From Nanobdellota archaeon (GTDB taxonomy: Archaea; Nanobdellota; Nanobdellia; Pacearchaeales; GW2011-AR1), in contig JADFRY010000001.1 of the NCBI GenBank assembly GCA_022561055.1, positions 121,262 to 185,261 on the forward strand: a DNA stretch of 64,000 nucleotides, given 5' to 3'. Shown here piece after piece: positions 42,929 through 52,045 of this stretch. Numbering within the stretch: position 1 is the first letter of the stretch; each line of letters begins with the position of its first letter. A model generated the notes under the pieces. That model worked only from the letters and a program-made list of their open reading frames with translations, was not told where the DNA came from and searched no databases. The position numbers and the translations under genes were made by a program.

Positions 42929-43477
42929 ATGAAATCTACGATCGTATTTATTGACGGAGGTTATCTTTCTTTTATCTCTAAATTTTTTGGAAAAGGAAAG
43001 CCTCTTAGATATAAAATGGAAGTTTTTGCAAGTAATCTTGCAAAGGCTAGAGGGGCAGAATGCAAAAAAATTTATTTTTATACAGCACCACCCTATCAAA
43101 GTTCAAACCCAACTCCTGAAGAAAATAAGAGAAAAGCTAATTACGATAAATTTGTCTCAAAGTTAAAGGAAGCTAAAATCATAGTAAGAGAAGGAAGGTG
43201 CCAAAAAATTGACAATACTTATCAACAAAAAGGAGTCGATACTTTATTGACTATTGATTTGTCAAGAATTCCTAGAATTGAAGGAATTTCCGATGTTATA
43301 GTCTTAACTTCGGATACAGACTTTGTTCCGATTATAAATGACTTATCTGAAGATGGAATAAATGTGATCCTTGCTTATTTTACTGACAAAAAAAGAAAAT
43401 CTGGATTGTCTCTTTCAAATCATTTATGGAACTCTTGCAAGGATAAGATAAAGATAAGAAAAGAATATTTTTCTTAA
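42929..43477 (+). CDS. NYN-domain (LabA-like) protein
   Basis: TIVFIDGGYL, KGVDTLLTIDL and VLTSDTDFVPII match the NYN/LabA ribonuclease-fold motifs. Confidence 0.75.
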   Translation: MKSTIVFIDGGYLSFISKFFGKGKPLRYKMEVFASNLAKARGAECKKIYFYTAPPYQSSNPTPEENKRKANYDKFVSKLKEAKIIVREGRCQKIDNTYQQKGVDTLLTIDLSRIPRIEGISDVIVLTSDTDFVPIINDLSEDGINVILAYFTDKKRKSGLSLSNHLWNSCKDKIKIRKEYFS

Positions 43478-43506
43478 ATGGGTGAGAGATTATTGAGAAG
43501 AGTTAG

Positions 43507-43617
43507 TCAACAAAGAAAATGCAAACTTAAGATACTTATGAAGAATGGGATTTTGAGAATATTTGGACGAGGGTTGTCGAACCGAGCTATCCTTCATTAA
43601 GATGGCAGTGGTTGTAA
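43507..43617 (+). pseudogene. Relic of the C-terminal end of a GLUG-repeat module
   Basis: This frame reads STKKMQT*DTYEEWDFENIWTRVVEPSYPSLRWQWL*. It aligns residue for residue with the post-GLUG motif of the intact genes (TTAEMKRQNTFENWDFNRVWDIAEDRTYPFLRW), and carries an in-frame TAA at 43528. There is no upstream coding continuation. Confidence 0.5.
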
Positions 43618-43663
43618 ACTGATTTATCGGATTATTTAAATACACAATCTTCTTTTTTGATAC

Positions 43664-45379
43664 ATGAAGTACTCTGAGTTAGTCGAGATATATGAAGCTC
43701 TCTCCCAGACGACAAAGAAGCTAGAGAAGGTAGATATCTTAGCGAGGTTTTTACCGAAGCTTAAGGGAGATGAGGAGAAAGTTTATTTGTTGAGAGGAAG
43801 AGTTTTTCCTGATTATGATGAGAGAGAGTTTGGTTTGTCAGGGCAGTTGTCTATCAAGGTTATTTCAAAGTCTACTGGCGTGAATGTTGAAAAGGTTGTT
43901 TCTAGATTTAGAAAACTCGGAGATTTAGGAGATGTTGCTGCAGAGTTAATTGATAAAAAGAGACAGTCGACTTTATTTTCTAAAAATTTAAGTGTCGATA
44001 AAGTATTTGGAAATTTGAGGAAACTTGTTGAAATAGAGGGAAAGGGTTCTGTCGATAAGAAGTTAAATTTAGTCCTCGAGCTTCTGACTTCTGCTTCAGG
44101 TAGGGAAGGAAGGTATATCATCAGAACTATTTTGAATGATTTGAGAGTGGGTGTTGCCGATGCTTTACTTAGAGATTCTATTGCTAAGGCTTTTTTTGAA
44201 GGAGATAAAGATATGAATGAGAAGGTTGAGGAAGCTTATGATAAATTAAATGATTTTGCTTTGATTTTAGAGATTGCAAGAAAAGGAAAAAAAGCTTTTG
44301 ATAAAGTTGAAGTTGTTCCTGGGAGGCCGATAAAAGTTATGCTTCCAGTTAAAGTTACTGAACTTTCTGAGGCATTTAGAATTTGTGGTAGACCGTTGGC
44401 TGTCGAACATAAGTATGATGGCTTTCGGGTTTTAATAAATAAAGATGAGGAAGGGAAGATAAGTTTGTTTACCCGTCGGCTTGACAATGTTACAAAACAA
44501 TTTCCAGATGTTGTAGAAATTGTTAAGAAATGTGTTAAAGCAAAGAGTTTTGTTTTAGATTCTGAAATTGTGGGTTATGATCCTAAAAAACAGAGATACA
44601 AACCCTTTGAGGCTATAAGTCAGAGGATAAGGAGAAAGCATGATATCGAATCCATGGTCAAGAAACTTCCTGTAGGCATAAATATTTTTGATATAATTTA
44701 TTTGAATGGAAAGAGTACTATTAATTTTCCATTTGAAAAGCGTAGGAAAGCTTTGGAGAAAATTGTTAAGCCTGAGAAATGGAAAATACGTTTATCCAAA
44801 CAGTTTATCAGCGATGATGAGAAGGCAATAAATAAGTTTTACAAGGATGCATTGAAGGTTGGAGAGGAAGGAATAATGCTGAAGAAGTTGGATGCCCCAT
44901 ATAGACCAGGAAGGAGAGTTGGTTATATGGTTAAGATGAAACCAGAAGCTGCCGATTTAGATTTAGTTATTGTTGGAGCAGAGTATGGCAAGGGCAAAAG
45001 GTCTGGTGGTTTGACGAGTTATGTTCTTGCTTGTAGGAGTAATGATGGAAAGAAGTTTTTTGAGGTTGGAAAAGCTTCCTCTGGTTTGAAAGAAAAAGAA
45101 ACTGAAGAAGGAACTAGTTATGCTGAGATGGATAAATTGCTCCAGCCTTTGATAAAGAGTGAGAAGGGTAATGTTGTGAGTGTAAGGCCGAAGGTTGTGG
45201 TGAGTGTTACATATCAGAATGTTCAGCCGAGTCCGAGATATGATTCGGGTTATGCGTTGCGTTTCCCGAGGATAACTCATTACAGGCCGGAACGTGGCAC
45301 ACACGATATTGCTACGGTAAAAGACATAAAGAAAGAGTTTCAAAGAATGCAAAAGATGAGGAAGAGCGGTTTAGGATAA
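43664..45379 (+). CDS. lig: ATP-dependent DNA ligase
   Basis: The adenylation motif AVEHKYDGFRVLI contains the KxDG motif. EGIMLKKLDAPYRPGRR and a C-terminal OB-fold region are also present. The 571-aa size fits archaeal Lig. Confidence 0.9.
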   Translation: MKYSELVEIYEALSQTTKKLEKVDILARFLPKLKGDEEKVYLLRGRVFPDYDEREFGLSGQLSIKVISKSTGVNVEKVVSRFRKLGDLGDVAAELIDKKRQSTLFSKNLSVDKVFGNLRKLVEIEGKGSVDKKLNLVLELLTSASGREGRYIIRTILNDLRVGVADALLRDSIAKAFFEGDKDMNEKVEEAYDKLNDFALILEIARKGKKAFDKVEVVPGRPIKVMLPVKVTELSEAFRICGRPLAVEHKYDGFRVLINKDEEGKISLFTRRLDNVTKQFPDVVEIVKKCVKAKSFVLDSEIVGYDPKKQRYKPFEAISQRIRRKHDIESMVKKLPVGINIFDIIYLNGKSTINFPFEKRRKALEKIVKPEKWKIRLSKQFISDDEKAINKFYKDALKVGEEGIMLKKLDAPYRPGRRVGYMVKMKPEAADLDLVIVGAEYGKGKRSGGLTSYVLACRSNDGKKFFEVGKASSGLKEKETEEGTSYAEMDKLLQPLIKSEKGNVVSVRPKVVVSVTYQNVQPSPRYDSGYALRFPRITHYRPERGTHDIATVKDIKKEFQRMQKMRKSGLG

Positions 45380-45435
45380 AATAGCCCTTTAAAAAGGTTT
45401 ATAAAGGGATTTTCTTTAAAAATACTGATTCTATA

Positions 45436-46014
45436 ATGGTTAAATCAAAATCAAATCTTAAAGTTCAAAATATTGTTGCTACGGCTTCCTTAGGGAAACC
45501 AGTTTCTTTGACTAAGCTTGCGAGAATGCATAGCGGCAATACGGAGTATAATCCTGAGCAATTTCCTGGTTTGGTTTTACGTGTGAAAAAACCAAAATCT
45601 GCTGTTTTGGTTTTTTCTTCTGGGAATCTTGTTTGCACAGGAACAAAAAGCGTACGACAGGTTAGAGAGGTAATATCACAAGTCATAACACAACTTGCGA
45701 AAATTGGAGTTAAGATAACAGAAAAGCCGAAGATAACTGTGCAAAATATTGTGGCTTCTGGAAGCATAAATGTTGACCTTAATCTTAATCTTTTAGCTTT
45801 GGAATTAGAGAATACAGAATATGAGCCAGAACAGTTTCCTGGTTTGGTTTATAAGTTAGATAACCCAACAACGACTTTCTTGCTTTTTTCTAATGGAAAA
45901 TTGGTTTGCACTGGAACTAAAAACAGGCAGCAGTTGGAAGATGCAATGTATCAGTTGAATAAAAATGTTAAAGCTGTTCTGAGAAAGATAAAGAAGAAGA
46001 AAAGAAAAAGGTAG
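45436..46014 (+). CDS. tbp: TATA-box-binding protein, with a basic C-terminal tail
   Basis: Two direct repeats: QNIVATASLG...EYNPEQFPGLVLRV...VLVFSSGNLVCTGTKS and QNIVASGSIN...EYEPEQFPGLVYKL...FLLFSNGKLVCTGTKN. The tail is RKIKKKKRKR. Confidence 0.92.
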   Translation: MVKSKSNLKVQNIVATASLGKPVSLTKLARMHSGNTEYNPEQFPGLVLRVKKPKSAVLVFSSGNLVCTGTKSVRQVREVISQVITQLAKIGVKITEKPKITVQNIVASGSINVDLNLNLLALELENTEYEPEQFPGLVYKLDNPTTTFLLFSNGKLVCTGTKNRQQLEDAMYQLNKNVKAVLRKIKKKKRKR

Positions 46015-46044
46015 TAATTTAAACTGTTTTCTGTTAATGATTTT

Positions 46045-46386
46045 ATGATATTTAGTCTTGCTGAAGAACATTTTTATAAGAGAAAAAGAATTCATCAAAG
46101 GCATGAGCCATATCCTCATCCCGTAAGATGGAAGAGGATTATTGATAGAGTTATTTATATTGCAGCATTTATAGGACCTTTATTGACTTTACCACAGGTT
46201 CTTAAAATATGGATTGGCAAGAGTGCTATCGGTGTATCAATTATTTCATGGTCGTTTTTTTTATTATTGGCATTTATTTGGCTTATCTATGGTATTGCCC
46301 ACAAATCAAAACTACTTATTTTTAATAATATTTTGTGGATGCTTATGGATTTTTTGATCATATTAGGAGTGATAGTTTATGGATAG
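46045..46386 (+). CDS. PQ-loop (SemiSWEET-like) three-TM membrane protein
   Basis: GPLLTLPQVLKIWIGKSAIGVSIISW carries the PQ motif in TM1. There are three TM helices and the size is ~110 aa. Confidence 0.55.
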   Translation: MIFSLAEEHFYKRKRIHQRHEPYPHPVRWKRIIDRVIYIAAFIGPLLTLPQVLKIWIGKSAIGVSIISWSFFLLLAFIWLIYGIAHKSKLLIFNNILWMLMDFLIILGVIVYG

Positions 46387-46570
46387 GAATTATTCTGATA
46401 TGGATACTGGTAAGTTGAGAGTTATGATTGGTGCACTTGATTTGTTAATTCTGGCTAGGAATTATAGGAGTGGTGTAAGGGGGCTATCGACAGAGGAAAA
46501 GTTAGAGCGTGATCGAAATTTTGCTGAGAGAGTTAGGATTAGGGAAGAATTAGATAGAAGATTAAATTAA
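46379..46570 (+). CDS. Hypothetical small protein
   Basis: 63-aa ORF that overlaps the upstream gene by 8 nt. No motif recognised. Confidence 0.35.
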   Translation: MDRNYSDMDTGKLRVMIGALDLLILARNYRSGVRGLSTEEKLERDRNFAERVRIREELDRRLN

Positions 46571-47730
46571 GTAAACAGACTCAGCTTCGTTTGTTTGCCG
46601 AAATTTTTTAATAACCAAGAGCGTGAGGTGTAATTTATTATTGGTTGTTTTAGTCTAGTTTGAATTTTTGCTAGGGCTTCATTAATTGTATTAAATTTTT
46701 CTGGAGGGTGTTTGAAAACCTCTCTAGATATTTCTCTTAATATTCCAACTCCACAAGGCATATAATATTCTGGGCGAATTTCTCTGATAACGAGGCATTG
46801 TGCTTGCTTTTTTATTTTTTCTAAATATTCTGTTAAGGCGAGGCGGTTTGCATAATAAGCGCCAGTTACAGAGTCTGCATATTTTTTTCTTGGAAAAAAT
46901 GATTCGTAATCACTCCAAATGCCGAAATTCTTTAGCGAGATTTCAATTACTTCAAATGAATATTTTTCTGGTAATAGTATGAAGTTGTAATAGTTGCCTA
47001 GATAGTCCGCATGGAAAACTTGTATTTCAGAAATTTCAGGATATTGTTTTATTTTTTTAAGTTTATCTTTTGAAATCGTATCATCTACCGCAGTGATTGA
47101 CCATCTCGTAGGTACAAGACTGCGATTCTTTTTTAAACCTAATAAGCCAGCAGAAAGAAGTTTTATTATGTTTGATGTTTGAATATTTGCTTTTTCAAGT
47201 TCTTGGATTGCAATTATTGATTTTACATCGGTGTCGTTTATTAAGTAATCTACTTTTCTTTTTATTTTAGGATTTTCTTGAAGTCTTATTTTTTCAATTG
47301 GGGCTGCTCTCGATATTAATGGGACTCTTGTATCATGCTCTGAATATTTTTTTATTGGTTTTTTTAATTTGAATTCTGTTGCTATGGATTTATGCGTCAT
47401 TGCAATTTCTTTAAAAATGTCAAAGAATTTTGTCTTTAGTTTTTTGATATGACTTTGAGTTCTTCCATAAATTAATTTATTTCTGAATTCAATTATTTGT
47501 GAGAGTGGAATTTTATTCTGATGCCATAATTCAGACGATGATAAGATCTGTGTATTCCCGTATTCATCAGGGGAAAGAACTCCCACATAGACATTTGGAT
47601 AATTCCAACGACCAACGAAAATTTCTGGTGGTGAAGAGCCTGAAAATTCTTTAATAAGTTTCGTTTTTCCTAAGAAGAATTCATGTTCTTGGCAGTTATA
47701 TTTGCCGCAAGTTTTGCATCTCTTAGCCAT
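46567..47730 (-). CDS. nreA: NreA-like archaeal DNA repair protein (DUF650/DUF651 family) with a PIP-like C-terminus
   Basis: The N-terminus has CKTCGKYNC followed by SSPPEIFVGRWNYPNVYVGVLSP, the family hallmark. The extreme C-terminus KQTKLSLFT resembles a PCNA-interacting QxxLxxF box. Confidence 0.65.
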   Translation of the reverse strand: MAKRCKTCGKYNCQEHEFFLGKTKLIKEFSGSSPPEIFVGRWNYPNVYVGVLSPDEYGNTQILSSSELWHQNKIPLSQIIEFRNKLIYGRTQSHIKKLKTKFFDIFKEIAMTHKSIATEFKLKKPIKKYSEHDTRVPLISRAAPIEKIRLQENPKIKRKVDYLINDTDVKSIIAIQELEKANIQTSNIIKLLSAGLLGLKKNRSLVPTRWSITAVDDTISKDKLKKIKQYPEISEIQVFHADYLGNYYNFILLPEKYSFEVIEISLKNFGIWSDYESFFPRKKYADSVTGAYYANRLALTEYLEKIKKQAQCLVIREIRPEYYMPCGVGILREISREVFKHPPEKFNTINEALAKIQTRLKQPIINYTSRSWLLKNFGKQTKLSLFT

Positions 47731-47731
47731 T

Positions 47732-48244
47732 TTATTCTGAAAATAATTTAATTGTTTGAGCTACTTCTTCTTTGATACCTAAAATACACGGATAGTTTTT
47801 TACTTCTTCTTCACTTACCCATGCATGATCTGTGAATGCTCCTATTTCGGGTTTTACCTCACCTGATTTGTATTTGGCTGCGAATTTTACTAATATTACA
47901 GGGATTCCATCTGGTCTGATAAATGCAACACTATTAATATAATGTAATTTTTGTTCTATTTTTATTCCAGCTTCTTCTTTAACTTCTCTTTGTAGTAAGG
48001 ATTCAGCTGCATTTTCAAAATCTAGTATATCACCGTTGATTCTTGTTGGATTTTCAATTGGGATATTTTCCCATTCTAGTTTTCCGCCTGCAACTCCATA
48101 TTTACCAGGATGTGCTTTTTCATTTTCAGAGCGTTTTAGGATTAAGCAGCGTTTATCACTTTCCCTATATACTACGACATTTGCCACAAAATAAAAGAGC
48201 TTGTTTTGTTTTGCATTCCCAAGATGTATTTTATCTGCAGGCAT
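47732..48244 (-). CDS. Nudix hydrolase
   Basis: The Nudix box GGKLEWENIPIENPTRINGDILDFENAAESLLQREVKEEAGI contains the REVKEEAG core. Confidence 0.8.
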   Translation of the reverse strand: MPADKIHLGNAKQNKLFYFVANVVVYRESDKRCLILKRSENEKAHPGKYGVAGGKLEWENIPIENPTRINGDILDFENAAESLLQREVKEEAGIKIEQKLHYINSVAFIRPDGIPVILVKFAAKYKSGEVKPEIGAFTDHAWVSEEEVKNYPCILGIKEEVAQTIKLFSE

Positions 48245-48300
48245 TACATGGGAAAGAAGAAAGGGTATTTATGTTTTTATGGATTGTTGGGATTATTATC

Positions 48301-48543
48301 TCATACTCTTAGTTTTCTGTGATGGGTTCTTCCTTCATTTTTCAGGTATTCAAGCGCTAGTCTGGCATCACCCTCTGGAACACCAAATTCAGTTGATATG
48401 TCTTCTGGTTGTATTGATTGCCAAAGAGGAGTTTTTCTTACGTATAATTCTGAAGCTCTTTTTAGCAACGATTGATATTTTTCCCTATAACTTTCACCTG
48501 TTAAATTAGCTGCAGAATTTCTTTCGGTTTCTTCAGTTGTCAT
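48301..48543 (-). CDS. Hypothetical protein
   Basis: 80-aa ORF. No motif recognised. Confidence 0.4.
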   Translation of the reverse strand: MTTEETERNSAANLTGESYREKYQSLLKRASELYVRKTPLWQSIQPEDISTEFGVPEGDARLALEYLKNEGRTHHRKLRV

Positions 48544-48548
48544 TAGAT

Positions 48549-48758
48549 TTAACCCTTCAAATCAGAAATTCCCAGAAGAACGAATAAAACGCCGATCATT
48601 GCAATAAACCAGAAAATACCGCCCTTGAGGAAAATCCATGCTGGACCCCAGAAATTTAAAGATTTCCCGAAAATAGTCCATGTTTGGGAGTAAAATGCAA
48701 TTATAATTGGAACTACTATTAATATTAATCCAATAAGAAGTTCAGCCCATTTGTTCAT
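48549..48758 (-). CDS. Small membrane protein (2-3 TM helices)
   Basis: 69-aa hydrophobic ORF. Confidence 0.45.
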   Translation of the reverse strand: MNKWAELLIGLILIVVPIIIAFYSQTWTIFGKSLNFWGPAWIFLKGGIFWFIAMIGVLFVLLGISDLKG

Positions 48759-48877
48759 GATATTTTTATTGTATGGAGGTTTATAAATATTATTGTTAAT
48801 TTTTGTATAGTTTGGGAGTAAAAATCTGTGTTTTTCTTGAGCAAAACATTAAAAACTCTATTTGTAATTTTATTTCT

Positions 48878-49969
48878 ATGCTAACTAAAAAACAGCTTTC
48901 TGAAATACGTGAGCATTTAGAGAGAGCTCAGAATCCTGTGTTTTTTTATGATAATGATGCTGATGGGTTTTGTAGTTATGTGCTTTTTAGGAGATTTTTA
49001 GGTAGGGGAAAAGGAGTCGCTGTCAGGACTCATCCGAATATTGATGCAGGATATGCAAAAAAAGCGCAGGAATTTGGTTCAGACTATGTTTTTATTTTAG
49101 ACAGGCCTTTTCTTGGGAAGGAGTTTGTTGAAGAAATAGAAAAGTTGCAGTTGCCTATAGTTTGGATTGACCACCATGATATAAAAGAAAATATTAACGA
49201 TTATGGATATGATAATATTTTTGTTTATAATCCGACTAGGACATCTTATAAAAAGAGTAAAAAAAGCAATGAGCCTGTGACTTATTTGGCTTATAAAGTT
49301 GTTAACAGGAAGGAAGATGTTTGGATTGCTGTGATGGGTTGTATTTCAGACCATTATATGCCTGATTTTATTAAAGAATTTGCTAAAGAATATTCTGAAT
49401 ATTGGAGGCAGCAGATAGCAATAGAAAAGCCATTTGACGCTTATTATAAGACTGAAATAGGATTTTTAGCCAGAGCGTTAGGTTTTGGACTTAAGGATTC
49501 AATAACTCATGTTGTCCAGCTGCAGAACTTTTTGGTTTCATGTAAATCTCCTGCAGATGTTTTGTCAGAGATTGAATCTAATAGGCCATTTGGTAAAAAG
49601 TATAGAGAGTTAAGAAAAAAATATGATTTATTAATAGAGAAAGCGAAGAAAAATGTTGACGGCAAAATTATATTTTTTTGTTATGGAGGAAATTTAAGTA
49701 TTAGTTCAGATATTTCAAATGAGTTGTCTTTTTTGTATCCAGGACGTTTTATTATTGTTGGTTATATGATGGAGTCTATTAGTAATTTGTCTATAAGAGG
49801 AGATGACGTTAAGTCTTTGATAGAAAAGTTATTGCCAAGATTTAAAGATTCTAGGGGAGGAGGTCATAGGAATGCAGTCGGTGTTAGGTTACAAACAGAA
49901 GATTTAGAAAGATTTAAGAAGGAATTTGAGGAAGAGGTAAATAGGAAAAATGCAAGAAATAAAAATTGA
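48878..49969 (+). CDS. DHH/DHHA1-family phosphoesterase (RecJ/GAN-like)
   Basis: FFYDNDADGFCS is the DHH motif I/II region. VWIDHHD contains the DHH motif, and GGGHRNAVG is the DHHA1 motif. The likely start is ATG 48878; the track ORF begins at 48803. Confidence 0.65.
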   Translation: MLTKKQLSEIREHLERAQNPVFFYDNDADGFCSYVLFRRFLGRGKGVAVRTHPNIDAGYAKKAQEFGSDYVFILDRPFLGKEFVEEIEKLQLPIVWIDHHDIKENINDYGYDNIFVYNPTRTSYKKSKKSNEPVTYLAYKVVNRKEDVWIAVMGCISDHYMPDFIKEFAKEYSEYWRQQIAIEKPFDAYYKTEIGFLARALGFGLKDSITHVVQLQNFLVSCKSPADVLSEIESNRPFGKKYRELRKKYDLLIEKAKKNVDGKIIFFCYGGNLSISSDISNELSFLYPGRFIIVGYMMESISNLSIRGDDVKSLIEKLLPRFKDSRGGGHRNAVGVRLQTEDLERFKKEFEEEVNRKNARNKN

Positions 49970-50972
49970 AATTTTTGGAAGAGTTCAGGGAATTGGATTT
50001 AGACATTTTACTAAAGAGCATGCTGATAAGTTAGGATTGAAAGGATTTGTCAGGAACACAGACCAGGGAAGTGCTTTGGTTATTGCTCAGGGTGATAAGA
50101 AAAAGCTTGAAGAGTTACTTAAGATTGTGCAGAAAGGACCGATTCTTACTCATGTCGAGGGAGTTTCATATTTTTGGAAAAAGGCTGAAAATAATTATTC
50201 TGATTTTGTTATAGCATTGGATAAAGGAATTATTGAGGACCAGAAAAGAAATTTTTTGAATTTAGGCAAAAGTGTTTTAAATATAAAAGACAGAATTCCG
50301 AGGCATATTGCTATAATTCCCGATGGAAATAGAAGGTGGGCTACTAAGAGAGGACTTAATATTTTAATGGGACATAAAAAATCTGCAACTTATGAAAAAA
50401 TTATTGCTTTATCAGAAGAGGCAAAGCAGTTAGGAATAAAATATATTACTGTTTGGGTTTTTTCTACAGAAAACTGGAAAAGGGACTCGGAAGAAATTAA
50501 GAATATTTTCGGACTAATTTTAAAAGTTTTGAAGAGATTTAGGAAAGAAGCTAAGAAGAATCAGTTTAGATTTAGACATTTAGGGAGAAAAGATAGACTA
50601 CCTAAAAAACTTGTTGATGAAATTTTAAAGGTAGAGGAAGAAACAAAAGAGTTTGATAAATTTAATATTCAGTTATGTATTGATTACGGCGGGCGTGATG
50701 AGATTACGAGGGCGATTAATAAATTATTAGAGTCTGGCGTTAAAGAGATAAAAGAAGATGAGCTTTCTATGTATTTGGATTCTATTGGCATTCCTGACCC
50801 TGATTTGATTATAAGGACTTCTGGAGAAAAGAGGACAAGCGGTTTTATGCCTTTCCAGTCAATTTATGCAGAGCTGTATTTTGCAGATGTGGATTTTCCT
50901 GATTTTGGGCCGGAAGAGTTAAGAAAAGCTGTTGAAGAGTTTGCAGAGAGGAAGAGAAATTTTGGGAAGTGA
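49950..50972 (+). CDS. uppS: Fusion protein: N-terminal acylphosphatase-like domain plus cis-prenyltransferase (undecaprenyl-diphosphate synthase family)
   Basis: The N-terminal ~90 aa (IEIFGRVQGIGFRHFTKEHADKLGLKGFVRNTDQGSALVIAQG) match the acylphosphatase signature VxGxVQGVxFR...G.V.N. The remainder (HIAIIPDGNRRWATKRGL, WVFSTENWKR, IRTSGEKRTSGFMPFQ) matches UppS. Confidence 0.8.
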   Translation: MQEIKIEIFGRVQGIGFRHFTKEHADKLGLKGFVRNTDQGSALVIAQGDKKKLEELLKIVQKGPILTHVEGVSYFWKKAENNYSDFVIALDKGIIEDQKRNFLNLGKSVLNIKDRIPRHIAIIPDGNRRWATKRGLNILMGHKKSATYEKIIALSEEAKQLGIKYITVWVFSTENWKRDSEEIKNIFGLILKVLKRFRKEAKKNQFRFRHLGRKDRLPKKLVDEILKVEEETKEFDKFNIQLCIDYGGRDEITRAINKLLESGVKEIKEDELSMYLDSIGIPDPDLIIRTSGEKRTSGFMPFQSIYAELYFADVDFPDFGPEELRKAVEEFAERKRNFGK

Positions 50973-51034
50973 TTTGTATTTACTAGTTAAGATAAATTTA
51001 AATAGAAAACTTGTTTTTTATAGTAGAGGTGAAA

Positions 51035-52045
51035 ATGGATTTACTTGAGAGTTTGATTAATCTTGATGGAGTTAGTGGCGATGAGCACGACGTGAGGGAT
51101 TTTATTATCAGAGAGTGCAAGAAGTATGTTAAAAACGTGGACGTTGATAAAATGGGAAATGTCATTGTTAGCAGGAAAGGGAAAAAACCTGCGATACTGT
51201 TTCTGGCTCATATGGATGAGATTGGTCTCATGGTAAAAAGGATAACTCGGCGTGGAAGGATGTATATTAGTCCTATCGGTGGTATAGACCCTCCAATTTT
51301 AATCGGACAAAGAGTTTTTATTAAAGGAAAAGAAAAGATACAAGGAGTCATTACGACTGACGAAGTTTTAAACGACGATTTAGTTCCTAACACAGTTAAG
51401 ATGGAAGAGCTTTTCGTTCATTCTGGTCTCGATGCTAAGGAATTGAAGAAAAAGGGCGTTAATATAGGAACATATATGTCTTTTGGGAGCAACTATGATT
51501 GTTGTACTTTAGGTTCTAAAGATGTTATTTCTGGCAAGGCTTTGGATGACAGGATTGGTTGTTATATTTTGCTTGAACTGATGAGAAACTTGAAAACTAA
51601 GAATGAAATTTATTTTGTTTTTACAGTTCAGGAAGAAGTCGGACTTTATGGGGCGAAGGCTTCTGTTTTTAATTTGGAGCCTGACTATGCAATTGCTGTC
51701 GATGTTACAGGACATGAGGATAGAAATGATACAATGATTTTAGGAAACGGGCCTGCTTTGACAATTAAAGATGCTGAAATGCTCGGCAATAAATGTTTAA
51801 ATGAGGCATTACAAGAAGTTGCTGCGAAATTAAATATTAACTTGCAATTAGAAGTTGGTGACGTTGGTACTACCGATGCGACTTCGATTTTTGCATCTAA
51901 GGGAGGAATTCCTTCTGCTGTTTTAGGAGTTTCTGTCGCTAATATACACACTACTATTGGCATGGCACATAAAGAAGATATTGTGGGAGCTGTTAAGGTT
52001 CTTAGAGGATTTTTAAAGAATCCCCCGGCGAAGTGCTGGGCCTAG
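51035..52045 (+). CDS. M42-family metallopeptidase (TET aminopeptidase / FrvX-like)
   Basis: LLESLINLDGVSGDEHDVRDFI, FLAHMDEIGLMV, GKALDDRIGC and FTVQEEVGLYGA all match. The likely start is ATG 51035. Confidence 0.75.
   Translation: MDLLESLINLDGVSGDEHDVRDFIIRECKKYVKNVDVDKMGNVIVSRKGKKPAILFLAHMDEIGLMVKRITRRGRMYISPIGGIDPPILIGQRVFIKGKEKIQGVITTDEVLNDDLVPNTVKMEELFVHSGLDAKELKKKGVNIGTYMSFGSNYDCCTLGSKDVISGKALDDRIGCYILLELMRNLKTKNEIYFVFTVQEEVGLYGAKASVFNLEPDYAIAVDVTGHEDRNDTMILGNGPALTIKDAEMLGNKCLNEALQEVAAKLNINLQLEVGDVGTTDATSIFASKGGIPSAVLGVSVANIHTTIGMAHKEDIVGAVKVLRGFLKNPPAKCWA

Noticed and set aside
42881-43099. 72-aa minus-strand ORF, plus the alternative plus-frame ORF 42951..43166.
   Set aside because: They overlap the NYN-domain gene, whose frame carries the conserved motifs.
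52002-52045. 44-nt convergent overlap between the M42 peptidase gene and the 188-aa minus-strand ORF, considered as an antisense regulatory arrangement.
   Set aside because: The overlap only involves the unconserved-looking C-terminal tail of a hypothetical ORF. It most likely reflects fortuitous extension to the next stop codon.
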